A stretch of DNA of 64,000 nucleotides from Atractiella rhizophila. Taxonomy: Eukaryota. The position numbers were made by a program, and so were the translations under genes. How positions within the stretch are numbered: the stretch's first letter is position 1; each line of letters opens with the position of its first letter. Location of the stretch: positions 62,001-126,000 of the forward strand of contig MU271198.1 in NCBI GenBank assembly GCA_021432655.1, given 5' to 3'. Of this stretch, positions 28,504 through 40,454 are shown in pieces. Under the pieces are notes generated by a model, which had not been told where the DNA came from, did not search any database, and worked only from the letters and a program-made list of their open reading frames with translations.

Positions 28504-29040
28504 ATGGTATGTGATTGGTTACTCGCCCAAAAGCATCGATAACAATCACATTAGCCTTTGATCCCACAAATCCCCCCACTTCCCTCCGTGTTTGGCGGCT
28601 CCTCCGATAAAACTTCAGACTCCACGAATGAACCTGACGACCTGAAAGCCTTGGAAAATCAAGAGCCCAAAGCTTCGGACTTCAAGCTGCCTCCTCATCT
28701 CGCCCAACGCCTCGAAGCTGAACAGAAGGAGTTCGGAAAGAATACATCGGCGGAAGAGTTGAAGAAGGACATGGAAGAGGTTGAACGACGAAAGGAAGCG
28801 CACGATAAACATGTCTCTGAATTTGGAGCCGCAGAGGTCAATAAGGCGAAGGAGATTGCTGGCCACGGAAAGCTTCAGGAGCAGTAAGTCTAGCACTCCT
28901 ATATTGGAAGATTGCCACTAATGACTGATAGAAGTTGATATAGCAAAGAATCAATCGAATCTCAACTTCGTGAATTGGAGGAATTGGAGCAGAAAATCAA
29001 GCAAGTTGATCAGAAGAAGGATGAATTGGAACACAAGTAA
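28504..29040 (+). CDS. Small highly hydrophilic E/K-rich protein
   Basis: ATG-only first exon, GTATGT..ATTAG intron, then PLIPQIPPLPSVFGG...GHGKLQE|HKESIESQLRELEELEQKIKQVDQKKDELEHK*. Confidence 0.7.
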
Positions 29041-29660
29041 ATTGCCTCTTCGTCGTGTAGATAGTCACCCATTCTTGTGTCATGATACCTCGTTGTGATC
29101 TTCCAGTCGGAGCATACCCACCTTGCAGCCACAACAGCAAGATCATTGTAATGTGGAGTAGCACTTCCTCGTTGTCCCGAGTTCGAGTTTCGTTCTGGTC
29201 TACAAGATGTGGTGGATATGGGCAACGCTTGCGAGATAAGCATCCCGTATACAGTGGTTTGACCTTCCTGCAGATGACCTGCACCAGCAACTGGACCAAC
29301 GATGTGATCTCCGTTTGAACTTTGACTCGCCCCGATTCTGCTTGCTTGCTGTGCTTCTCTGCTTTGAGCTTTTACGACAATGCACCCTAATCTGCGAAGC
29401 TTTCTGATGAACTGAGAGTTGTCTTCTTCACAGCCTGTACGAACAACTTGAAACTTGGTCGAAGCATGTCGAAGTGCCAATTGAAGGATGACACAGCTTC
29501 ACATGTATGTCCAGTTTATGATCAACACTCACATTTAAGACGACGAATACCATGTATAATTTTTGAGCTTGCTCCACAGGCTCATGCTCAATGCGTAATT
29601 CTTATAGTACGCATTTTGCAAGTTGCAAGTTGCAACCTTGAGGCTAGCGTAAACGACGAA

Positions 29661-31115
29661 ATGGCTCAAATCGCCTCTCTCACTACCCTAGAGGACCTTG
29701 ATACCTACATCGCCAGCACTCCAGACTCCGATACGTCTTATGTCTACCCCTCCATGCAGACTCCCGAAGCTAAACCCACAAAACGAGTTGGATCAAAACA
29801 CAGGATCGAGCTGGGATACTTGTAGGTTTGCCATTTGTCACATATGATTGGAGTAACTGATATGAACTGTTTAAAGAACAAAAAACAACATTGGGACGCT
29901 GAGAAAGCTCAACTATGTGCTTTTTCCAGTCAGGTATGCACGATGAACTGAGCGAAGCGGTAGGAGACTTATTCCATACCAGATATTCTGATAAATGGTA
30001 TAAAGACGTGCTGCGTGAAGATTTTGAAGATTTTTGCAGATTAGGTGAGTGCTTGGCTTTGTAGGCTTGGGTGTAGTGGTCGCTTTCAGTCGTCTCAAGT
30101 TTCCAAAATTTGTGCTTGCCCACCTTTGTGGGTGATAACATCGTTCACCTGCTCCCTTTGAGGCATCCTGACAATCAGTGACCCTATTCTACCTCCCTGT
30201 TATGCTGTGTATTGGCTACAATAACTGTTGATTTGATGAAGTTCCTACACGAGCTTTTGCCCACACGAGCTTCCGTAGCAGGAATTAAGGAGCATAAATA
30301 CAGTATGAAATATGCTCAAAGAACGTTGGGCCTACGCCCTGCCAAGCTGTTACATATTGGATCGCCGTAGCACCATCCTGAAAGGGGGTTGACGTGGATG
30401 ATGGATCAGACGCAACCATGTTATGGCTTATTGTACAGCCTACCCGCTGTTATATTAAATCTTGCTCCGATGTAATGTCAAATCTGCTACCTGTTCAATG
30501 TTCGGTACAAGAGACAGGCCTACAATCGATCTCCAGCTCTTGTAGAAAGGTATTGACAGTCCCTTCGTCCCAGTCTATTTTAACGACGTCCCCGTCGGCG
30601 CAATCGCTGCTCGCTTAGAAGCCTACTCCTCTCCGGCCGCGACTGATTTCTCAGACTCCGTACAACCCTCCAATCCTCTCCCCCCGCCTCCAACGACATC
30701 CGCAACGACGAGTACTAGCTCGAAAGGAAAGAAAGGGCAAGGGAAGAAAGAAGAGCCGAAGGAAAGCATCGAAGATGTGAAACTGTACATTATGACTCTC
30801 GGTGTCCTCGCACCTTATCGACGGAAAGGATTAGGGAAGATGATGCTGGACCATATTGTAGACGAAGCTGAGAAGACGTGGCACACTCCACCATCATCAG
30901 ACAAGTCGAAGCCTGCTCCTAAGCCAAAGACGAGGCGAAGAGTTAAGCTGCTTTATGTGCACGTCCAGGTATCGAATACAGAGTCGAAGGAGTTCTGGGA
31001 AAAGATGGGATTCGTTGTGAAGGGAGAAGTGAAGGATTATTACAAAATGATCGAACCGAGAGATGCGCTGATCCTAGAGAGGGAGATAAGCGTACTATCA
31101 GAATCTCAAGAGTAG
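29661..31115 (+). CDS. NAA50: N-alpha-acetyltransferase 50 (NatE, GNAT fold)
   Basis: NNIGTLRKLNYVLFPV.YSDKWY, YFNDVPVGAI, LYIMTLGVLAPYRRKGLG, YVHVQVSN, YYKMIEPRDA; includes a 529-nt intron at 30045-30573. Confidence 0.9.
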
Positions 31116-31344
31116 AGCTACTTGTAGATTGGTCCATTTGTGAAAAAAGACCTTGTTTTACATTTCCCACGTGATGAAGCGGTTCCGAACGATGGGTTAT
31201 GAGTTGCCTTGACTCATCCATTAAACCAAAAGCAATATCAAGTGTTTTTCTGCTGTGTCTGTTTCTGTTTCTTTGAAATAGGCCATCAAAAGCTTCAAAG
31301 CCAGTTCCTGTATTCTGATTCTCAAATCAAAAGAGATCAAAACA

Positions 31345-32548
31345 ATGCCGTACACCATCTGCGTTCTGGGTAGGCTCTTGGAGATGGTCAATCTTGCGCA
31401 TTCTCACTAGGTTTTGCAGGATGTGGCACTATGGGGATCTCCATCCTCTCAGGTGTATTAGACTCTCTATCTTCCCCATCTTCAGGGAGGCTGCCGCCCT
31501 CTTCATCTGGCACTTCTACCCCTGCAGTCGAGATCGAACCTTCTGCCCTTCCATCCCGCTTTATCGCTTGCGTTTCTCGTCCCGAATCTGTACGGAATTT
31601 GAAGAAAGTCTTTCGAGATGAAAGGGTGGAGATTAGGAGGGGAGAAAATCTAGCTTCTGTGAAGGAAAGCGACGTCGTGCTCCTTTGGTGTGCTGTTTAT
31701 AAGATTTAGCGATAAATCGTACTGATTGTTTATCTAGCTGTAAACCTCAACAAGCGAAAACTCTTTTGCAAGAAATGCACGAAGCTCTAGATGGAAAACT
31801 ATTAGTTTCTATTCTGGCTGGAACAACAATCAAGCAGCTCAAATCTTGGGTTCCTGCTTCGACGCATGTCATTAGAGCTATGCCCAACACTCCAACGCGT
31901 GTGAGCTTTTGAGCGACATTCCATAAAGTCATTTCAATCTACCTTTGCTTAGATCAGAGAAGGCATGACCGTGATCTCTGCGCTGCCAACAGAACTAGAA
32001 ACACATCGCACCCTGCTGCTTTCGCTTTTCTATCCCATCGGCAGGGTCAATTTTCTAGACGAAAAGCATTTTGACGCCGTTACTGCACTCTCTGGATCTG
32101 GTGAGCATCACTTTTCTCCCAAATTTTGGGTTGACTGATTATTGCCCATTCATCGAGGCCCTGCGTTTGTCTGCCTCATTCTGGAAGCGATGGCGGATGG
32201 GGGTGTCATGATGGGATTGCCGCGAAAGGAGGCACTCGAAATAGCTGGCCAGTGTATGTTTTTCAACATGGATTGTCTCTTAAACTTATTCGCAGTGCTT
32301 TAGGTATGCAAGGGGCAGCTCGAATGGTGTTACAAACTGGAATCCATCCATCACAAATCAAGGATGATGTAACAAGTGTGGCTGTCGTTCTCTTGTTTTT
32401 CAGTCATACTGATGGTGAAGCAGCTCCTGGTGGGTGCACAATTGCCGGGTTACTAACTCTAGAAGACGGTAAAGTCAGAAGCACGATGGCGAGATGCATT
32501 GAGACGGCAACGAGACACGCTGCGGGACTTGGGAAGGAGAAGGAGTAG
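31345..32548 (+). CDS. PRO3: Pyrroline-5-carboxylate reductase
   Basis: ICVLGCGTMG, LLCCKPQ, SILAG, RAMPNTP, FDAVTALSGSGPAF, DGGVMMGLPR, DDVTTPGGCTIAGL. Confidence 0.95.
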
Positions 32549-32721
32549 TTGAAGACCTGGCTGACGCCGAGGAGATGTACTTTACATTGAAAGGACCTCG
32601 GGAATTGTTGCATTTCTTTGTGACATTCTCTTCATTTCACATATGGCGAGGGCGTCCTACTGAAACAATTTTTTCCTGTTGTAACATCACGTGACTGCCA
32701 TTCTCTGCACAAATTACAACG

Positions 32722-33454
32722 ATGCCAATCGCCCTTCCTCCTCTGTCTCTCTCAGTCTCGAGCCTTTCACGTTCGACAGGTTCGGCCACATTTTCGTACG
32801 GTGAGTGCTGAACTTATTCTACCTCTCCTTTCGAGCCTGTCGATTGCAGGATCATCAACCGTCATTGCCTCCCTGCATGGACCAACAGAAGTACGTCTGA
32901 GAGATGAAAACGTCATGCAGGCCACACTTGAAGTGAACTGGAAACCGCTTTCCGGCCTTCCTGGTTGGTCTCTGATTGTAAAGATTTTTTTTTGTTGATA
33001 AAGTGCAGGTCCTCCTTCACGTTCCCTCATTTCAATTGTTCGCTCTGCATTGTCGGACGTTTTGGATTTACAGTCGGCACCGAGATCTTTGCTTCAGTTG
33101 ACTATGCAAACACTTTCTGGATCGTCAGCCTTGACAGAAATCGCGACAGCTGTTACAGCCGCGGGTTTGGCTTGCTTGGACGGCGCTTTTCCTATGCGAA
33201 ATCTAATCATTGGCGTATCGATTTCCGTGTTAGATTCAGGAGATATGGTAACGTTTCCGACTGCAAAAGACGACGAGCGAGCGACAAGCCGTCATCTTGT
33301 TCTAATTGCGAAGGAAGAAATTGTGGGCATCGAGAGTTGGGGAGAAGGAGAGGACGTGGATTGGGCCAGAATCTGGGCCGAAAGCGCAAAGATGGGCATA
33401 TTGATTGAAGATTGGATTCGAGCTGAGTTGGATAAAGTATGGAGAAGGCACTGA
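32722..33454 (+). CDS. RRP46: Exosome RNase PH-like subunit Rrp46
   Basis: LSRSTGSATF, VIASLHGPTEVRLRDE...ATLEVNWKPLSGLPG, PRSLLQLTMQ, LACLDGAFPM. Confidence 0.8.
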
Positions 33455-34789
33455 GACTATTGAGAATTGTTGAGACATTGGAAGCTGCCCATGGCGTCTG
33501 ATCCTGAGTCTCATCCCAGGTCACGTTAAGGCCGTCACGGATCTCCCCTGCAGTCTAGGTCATCTCAGAGTCTTGCATTGCATTGAGCCAGACTGAGCCC
33601 TACTAGTGGGAGAACATGTGCTGCTCCCGATGAGGCAAGTGCGATGTCGCCCACTTTAAATTGCCGCGTTTGTTAGCCGCTCCCGAAGAGGTGAGTGTGA
33701 GAAGATTGCCCACTCTAATTACCTTACTTTGCTGGCTGTCCAAGGCTGTGGGCGATTTTGCAACTGTCGAAACAAGGTCACCTTTCCGGATGTGGTGTTC
33801 AATGGGCTCAGAGTTCGAGGGCAAGAACGCTCAACTGATCAATCAATGACATCTTCCCGAACCATGTCAAGCAGCATATCAGGCCGAAATCAGCTCTTTG
33901 CGCCGTGCAGCCGGTGCTCGAGCGTTGCTCTCTTGTTGATTTTGGTGAAGGTCCGTGCTCTCCCTGAGTGGCGGGCTGGGATCAAACAGCAGAGCCATCT
34001 CCTTTGTTACCATGCTCGCTGCCAAAGATCCTTCATTGATATCCTGCATCCACTGCAACCGCATCTTCAAGCATGCTAGGAAGCGGGGATATCACGAAAC
34101 CACCATAGCATGGGATCCTATTGGGGTAAGAAGTGGTCCCTGCAAGCCTAGTTGATGTTAACGACTGTTGCTCAAAGGTCTTTCTAGGAGATGTGACGAC
34201 TAGTTGCCCAGCAAGAATTCAGGCTGCGAATGTTTATCTAAAACGTGGAAAAGGAAAGGAACCTCAGGAGCATCCACCTGTTCACCAATCTTATTTGGGA
34301 CAGGCGAGCAGCGTCTAGTTTCGTGTCAGAACTCAGTCTAACCATCTCACACAGGCGGTTTATGGCCTGTCTTCATTAGGACCACCAGACCCTCCTTCTG
34401 AGCTGCAATGCAGATACTGTTCTAGATTAGCAGTTGACAGGCCTTGGGACTTCCTGCAACATGGACACTTGGTCGACCTGCGCATATACCCATGTCATGA
34501 GAACGAGGCAGAAGCTTTGCAGGCTCGTGTTTCGTGGAAAATGCAATCTCGCTAATCAGCTAAATGTAGATCTACCTGGACTGCTCCGAGTCTCAGATCT
34601 ACTGGATTTGTGTGGAGCAACTCAAGTTGGCTCTTTCTTTCTGTTACAGTAATCGCACCTGATCTGCATCGTAGGAGGGCAAAAGCTTGGGTTTTTTCGT
34701 GCGTACATCCCAAAGCACAAAACATTTGATGAGCCTTATACAGGAAAGCATTTACAGATCAAGGTTACCCAGCACCTGAAGTAACATGG

Positions 34790-36313
34790 GTGTCAGACGG
34801 TAAAGGTGTATATCCTCGACCTCTCACTGAAGCTGCACACCGAGTTGTTCGGGATATCTACAGCCGCGAGTTCCCACACCTCGACCTCTCTATCATTTCA
34901 GTCTCAACACCTCCTCCTCAGCGAACAGAAGATGACGGCGGCGATAGACGAACCCAGATTTCTGGGGCTACTGATGGGGAGATCGATCGAGGAACAACCT
35001 CTCCTGCTCCAGCCACCGCCTCCGCGTCCCCACCTTCTTCTTCTCAGCCCGCTACTGCAAGGGCAGATAGAATCCAGCGAGAAGCAACTCCATCAGTGCC
35101 ACCAGACGATGATGGAATTCGTGTTAGACCGATGAATACTTCGTCCACCAATACCAATAGCAATCCATCGTCCACTTCCAATTCTGGTGCTACTTCTAAT
35201 CTTCCGCGGACAAGCTCAAACGATGCGTCCACTTCCTCTCCACTTCGACGCGGATTGTCTTTCTCCTCAGATGGCGTTCTTCCTCGAATTGGCGTTCCTC
35301 CCTGGAGGCCAAAGACTCCCCCTCCAAGACTCGACCCTCGTTACGCACAGACTCCAGAAACGAACCCTATTGCGCCACCCACAGAGTCACCTACGCGAAA
35401 CAATGCCAATGCGCCACGAGAGTCTTCTGGTTCTCAGCCTTCCGTCCATACCTCCGCTCAGCCCTCCAACTCTTCCAATCCAACGACTCCTTCTAATCTT
35501 CGTACTCCACGTCAAGCCGAGCACGCGAACCCCCGTGTACCACGTACAGACCACACTCGGACAACGGAATATCAGGCCAGCGAAGATTTTATAAGAAAGG
35601 TCCGTGAGTGGCGTCAGAGGCAGAACAACCCAACAAGCAGCGCTGCTCCTGTCGAGGATCCTACGATGCAGAGAGGACCACCCAATCCGTCACAGCCCAT
35701 GAATCCTAGTGGTCACTACCAGCGGTTTCCAAACGACGAGAACGATCCATATCGCAATCGATCAGGACAAAATCCCTATCCTCCCGTCCCCGAAAATATG
35801 CCTCAGGGAGACGTAGACTATAATCAACATCATAATCGACCGCCGCCTCCTCCCACGCCTAACTCTACGCTCCGGCGAGACGCGGACTATGGTCCATATC
35901 GCCATCAACCATCCCACCAGCACCATTCTTCGGCGCCTGAATATCCGTCCCGGAGAGACACGGACCGTAACACATTTTCAACTGGCATGCCTACAGCTAC
36001 AGCCCAAGCCCCTCCTCGACCTCTACGCGGAATTTTGAAGAAGACTAATTACAACCCTCCCACCGCACCAACCAACCAGTTCGACAGTGGAGGAACCAGA
36101 ACAAGGGAAGAAACATCAACTTTACCGAGTAAACGCAGGATCGAGCGGCTGCAAGCGCTCACATCTCACCTCGATAACGTGCTTATGGGCTACAGACAGG
36201 CGGCTTTCGCGACCGAAAATGAGGTGTACGACTTAAGGCAGGAGGTGGCGAAGAAGAAAAAACTAGCAGGGGATTTGGCGTGGATAGTGGATGAGATGAA
36301 AGACCTTCCTTAA
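34790..36313 (+). CDS. Hypothetical S/P/T-rich disordered protein with a C-terminal coiled coil (5' exons unresolved, possibly from ~34.3 kb)
   Basis: 507-codon uninterrupted ORF with protein-like composition; no recognisable domain. Confidence 0.7.
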   Translation: MSDGKGVYPRPLTEAAHRVVRDIYSREFPHLDLSIISVSTPPPQRTEDDGGDRRTQISGATDGEIDRGTTSPAPATASASPPSSSQPATARADRIQREATPSVPPDDDGIRVRPMNTSSTNTNSNPSSTSNSGATSNLPRTSSNDASTSSPLRRGLSFSSDGVLPRIGVPPWRPKTPPPRLDPRYAQTPETNPIAPPTESPTRNNANAPRESSGSQPSVHTSAQPSNSSNPTTPSNLRTPRQAEHANPRVPRTDHTRTTEYQASEDFIRKVREWRQRQNNPTSSAAPVEDPTMQRGPPNPSQPMNPSGHYQRFPNDENDPYRNRSGQNPYPPVPENMPQGDVDYNQHHNRPPPPPTPNSTLRRDADYGPYRHQPSHQHHSSAPEYPSRRDTDRNTFSTGMPTATAQAPPRPLRGILKKTNYNPPTAPTNQFDSGGTRTREETSTLPSKRRIERLQALTSHLDNVLMGYRQAAFATENEVYDLRQEVAKKKKLAGDLAWIVDEMKDLP

Positions 36314-36373
36314 CTTGTTAGTCCTAACTTACCCATGCCGACTCCAACTCTCAAATCACGCCGCAAGAAGTAT

Positions 36374-36602
36374 ATATCTCGCTTCATTTTCAAGCGTTTC
36401 AGAAACGAATTGGTCTTTTCCTCTGTTTTCCTTCATTTCCGTAGTGCATACGTTCGGCCAATCAGTTCATATCTCGCGTCAATATTTACCTTAACGTCTC
36501 AGATACGAATCGGTTTTTTCCTTCCATTTCCGTTGTGCATATGGGGTCCAATCAGTTCATGTCTCGCTTCAATCTCTGGTCTGTGTTCAGAAACGAATCG
36601 GT
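36374..36602. repeat. Degenerate ~90-95 bp tandem repeat, ~2.5 copies
   Basis: AT(A/G)TCTCGC(T/G)TCA at 36374, 36469 and 36559; TCAGA(A/T)ACGAAT(T/C)GGT three times; CATTTCCGT(A/T)GTGCATA and CCAATCAGTTCAT twice each. Confidence 0.75.
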
Positions 36603-37364
36603 GCTTGCCTGCTGTTTGCGTTGATACGTTGGATAACTTTTCCAATTAGTTCTTGCCGTTTCTTGTTTGCACCACCATCACCATTCCCCCAATAAATGAA
36701 CCTCAAATCTGCAACAGGTCCCAGGATTTGTCCAAGTGAAACCATGATATGAGGAGTATTCCGAGGCGTGTTTGTAGTTTGCTAAAACACGAGCGACATT
36801 TCGCTAGCCAGACATGTAAGTCAAGTCTACAAAGTGGTTTCACCGCTTGTCGTTGCCAAAGTCGAGAGTCACGACAGCAAGATGTCTGTGTCGTGAAACA
36901 ACAGAATCAACTTTGCAACTCCGATGCTCTTCGCAGTTGCGCAGAGATCCTCAAGACAAGATATTCATCCCGCCATGCCGTCATGGTTCATCCTACTAAC
37001 CAGAGCAGAACTCACTCCACATGACGCGACATCACGCGTTGGCATCGATGATCATAATATTGTGTCCAAGCAATTCCAGGGAAATCATTAAGGATTCTCG
37101 GATTTGTTGTCGTTTTCACGGCGAGTGACGCCGGTTGGCGGTCGGAGGAAGGCTGGGGTCCTAGTCAACAACCAGCCTTCAAAGCTTCACCTTTGCAAGG
37201 ACTACTCAAATGTCCTTTTGACCCTTCCTGCTCGTTATCCCAGCTTACGCTCTTTTCGACCTTCGACCGAGAACGCAACAAAATCGCGATCAGCGCTCAA
37301 AAACGAGCCAAAACGACCTAGCGACGTACTTCAGGGGTCGTGATACTCTCGTGAAGTGATTAAG

Positions 37365-39830
37365 ATGGCCCAAACGGAGTGTCAGACGTTCTTCTCTACT
37401 TCGACATTCGAAAATGTTTTCACCACTGAAAGTACTGTCACTAATACCGTACGTCTTTCTCTCTAGAAGTGGGCATTATGTGTTTCGTCCTTGTTGAGAG
37501 TGACGTTCGCAATTTTGCCTGAAATCAGTCGCACTTTGTTTGCGAGCTTGAACATCAACATCTCATCATATTTATTGAGGCCGCGTTCATATTCGAATGG
37601 GACGCTGATGTTCCTTGCTCCGCAGATAACCGACGCGCCGACCACCTCTACCACTTCGATCGAAGTGGTCACTTCCAGCTGCTCTGATCCAGTGGCTACA
37701 TGCGGGCTATTGTCAACTTCCCAATGTCCAGAGCAGTGCGAGACTTCCACAACAACCACAATCTCTACCATCACTATTCCAGGAGCGGTTCACGTTGAAA
37801 CGTCCGTCGATACCCTCACTCTTACTTCCACCTCTTCTACGGTCATTCCGACGGGTAGTCAATGTTCGACTATCGGCGGAGTCCCAACTCCAACCCCTAC
37901 TCCCACTCCTACTCCGTCCGACACCCCTACCACCTCTCCCCCACCGTGAGCTTTAGTTGCATATTAAAAGTTTGAACATCGAAGCTCACATATGCATATA
38001 CGTAGAACCACTTCGGATACACCTACTCAGACGATGGTCACCACTACCGAGTTTTTGACAGTAGTTGACGGGAATGGCTCAACGACCGTTTCTACTCGAG
38101 TCCAGACCCGGCCAGCACTTGGGACGGGAGAGAGCGGAGAAGGGAGCCCAGGAAAAACTGCCGCGATTGCCGGAGGCGCTGTTGGTGGGATTGTCGTTCT
38201 TGTAGGAATTATTTGGGGGATTTGGTGGTGCACACGAGGGAGGAAGAAACTTTCAAAGAAGGATCTTAATTGGGGTGAAGATATGTGGAATCCCGGTCCG
38301 GATACGGATGGGATGCGCCAGAGCGATGATCATGGAGCAAGACCGTCCACCACTCTCCTCGCTCCTAAACTGGGCACCACGCCGAATCTCGCCAAAGGGG
38401 GAGCAGAGGATGTGCTATTACTCAATAGCCATTCGCCGGGAGATAGCGTTGACTTTGACGAGAAGGTGCCTTCTCATGCCCACAGCTACTCCAACAGCAG
38501 CTATCCTACAGATTCCCCCGGTCATTCACGAACCCCAACCGCAACTGGGCCGTACCCTGTTTCCACGTATCCTCCTAATCCTTTCGTCGCTATTCCTGCC
38601 CACCCATACCCCCCACCGCAAGTTGCGTACTCTTATCCTCCCGTCCATTCCGTTCCGTCCTTTCCTCCAGGTTCCAACTTCTATCCTCCTCATCCTCCCG
38701 TAACAATCAATTATGGACCGATCCTGATGAACCACCCGCCGACATCTCAATCATCTCATGGTCCTCTACCGGATCAACGACATTCCCACAACCCTACAAG
38801 CGCGTCAATGTCTGCTCTGGAAGAGATACAACGCGCGGAAGCCCAAGAAGCTCGTGGCATGGAACGACAACGAAGTTCGACGAGCCAAGGAATGAACTCT
38901 CCAGGATTGTACAACGAGACCTCGAATCGTCGAGAGTCCATGTCAAGCTTGAACGGTGCGATTGCACCCTCTAACAGCTCACATTACACCCAAAACCAAT
39001 TCGTGCCAGCGATGATGCCACGGTCCAATCGATCCCCACCTCCGTCACAGGGAGGAAACCTAGCAGAATTCGGAGTACCAATGTCACGTCCGAACCCTAG
39101 CACTAGTAGTCATAAGTCCTCTACCTCCCAATCGAAGCCGAAGCCGACCTTCGAGTTCGATTCTTCGCCAAGTGGAAGCACGAGTACAAAAGCTACCTCA
39201 CTTCACCCCTCCAATTCCAATGACGGCCGCCTCAAACCCGTGCCTCCTCTCATCACCACAGATCTGTCGCCTTCTCATAGGATGCCCGGAATCCGCTCAG
39301 CTTCAGAAGGAACAGCTTTGAGTCAATTCGACCATGAATTGTCGCCGGAGGAAGAGCAAAAGTTCTGGCGCTCGCCCGACACGATAGAGAGGAAGATTTT
39401 CCCTGCACGACGTCAGCGGACGGAGATTATGGGGGTGGAGATCACAGACAAACGGTTGAAGGATTTTGAGATGGGCAAGTTAAGCAAGCATTTGACGACT
39501 TCGCCGAGTGGGACCCTGGCTTCATTAGTGGAGGAGGACAAGCCAGTGCTTGGAGTGGTGAATCTGACAGAGGAGGATAAAGTGCGCCGAGGAACGATTG
39601 ATACCCTGAGATCTGTGGACGAAGAGAAGGCGGGCCCGAGTAGGAAGCAGACATCTGATACCATCATGAAGGTCGTGGACGAGTTGCGGCGGCACGATTC
39701 GCAAAGAACCTCTGCTCATAGCCAAAGCACGAATAGGACAGACGAGACAGACAGATTGCAGAAGAAGGAGCGACCATTCTCTGGCCAAAGCTTAGGGGAC
39801 GAGGAGTGGCTTGGAGGTTTGATCACTTAA
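37365..39830 (+). CDS. Single-pass membrane protein with S/T-rich ectodomain and Pro-rich cytosolic tail (Mid2/Wsc-like architecture)
   Basis: S/T-rich N-terminal exons with Cys, TM helix AIAGGAVGGIVVLVGIIWGIWW followed by RGRKK, and a long final exon. Confidence 0.75.
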
Positions 39831-40454
39831 AATTCTCCAGCTATGTTCAATCATGTCGTGATACACCGCTGGATACACGATGGATGGTTTCAGCTTTCCA
39901 TTTGTTCGATATTCCAATGCCAAAATGCTTTGATCATCAGCCATAACAAGCAATCTGTGCCACCTTCGCTTTCGAGGGGACACAGGATTTTAAGTAAGTT
40001 GGTGCAACGTCTTTGTTCCTGTAGGCTGAGGACCCTTTGGTTGGTTCCCCTTTTCGTGCGTCCTTTACTTAGACAGTGGACACTTTTCGTCTTTGTATCG
40101 TGTTACCCTGTACTCGTCAAACCCACCACCCAAGTTTAGATAGTGTCTTCACGCTTGCCACGTTCATTACGTCGTTCATTGCCCTATCGATATTTAGGTT
40201 ATTTTGGTTGTTCTGCCTGTAAAATGCCTTCTTCGCTTTTCCAGTTTCTGAATTCTCTGAGTCCCTAATAAAAGTCGACAGTTGGTTCTTCGGCTCTGCG
40301 ATCAACTCCTCAACAGTTTGCATTGGCACGCTCCATTTGGCCCCCTTCTCAAGTTCTCAATTATTCTTGTATATCTGTCGATGCAAGTTATTCCCCAGTA
40401 CCGTTCTGAATCTTGCCAACCAATCGTTCATACCTCCAAAGCATATCCACTAGC

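Noticed and set aside
29010..29480. 156-aa minus-strand ORF
   Set aside because: Non-ATG start, no recognisable motif, and overlap with the 3' end of a + strand gene; it cannot be supported as a gene.
37884..37920. Short ACTCC(A/C/T) repeats
   Set aside because: They encode a Pro-Thr linker; ordinary coding low complexity.
40117..40329. 70-aa protein-like ORF downstream of HMG-CoA lyase
   Set aside because: It is flanked by stops, with no clear start or splice link; possibly a decayed fragment but unsupported.
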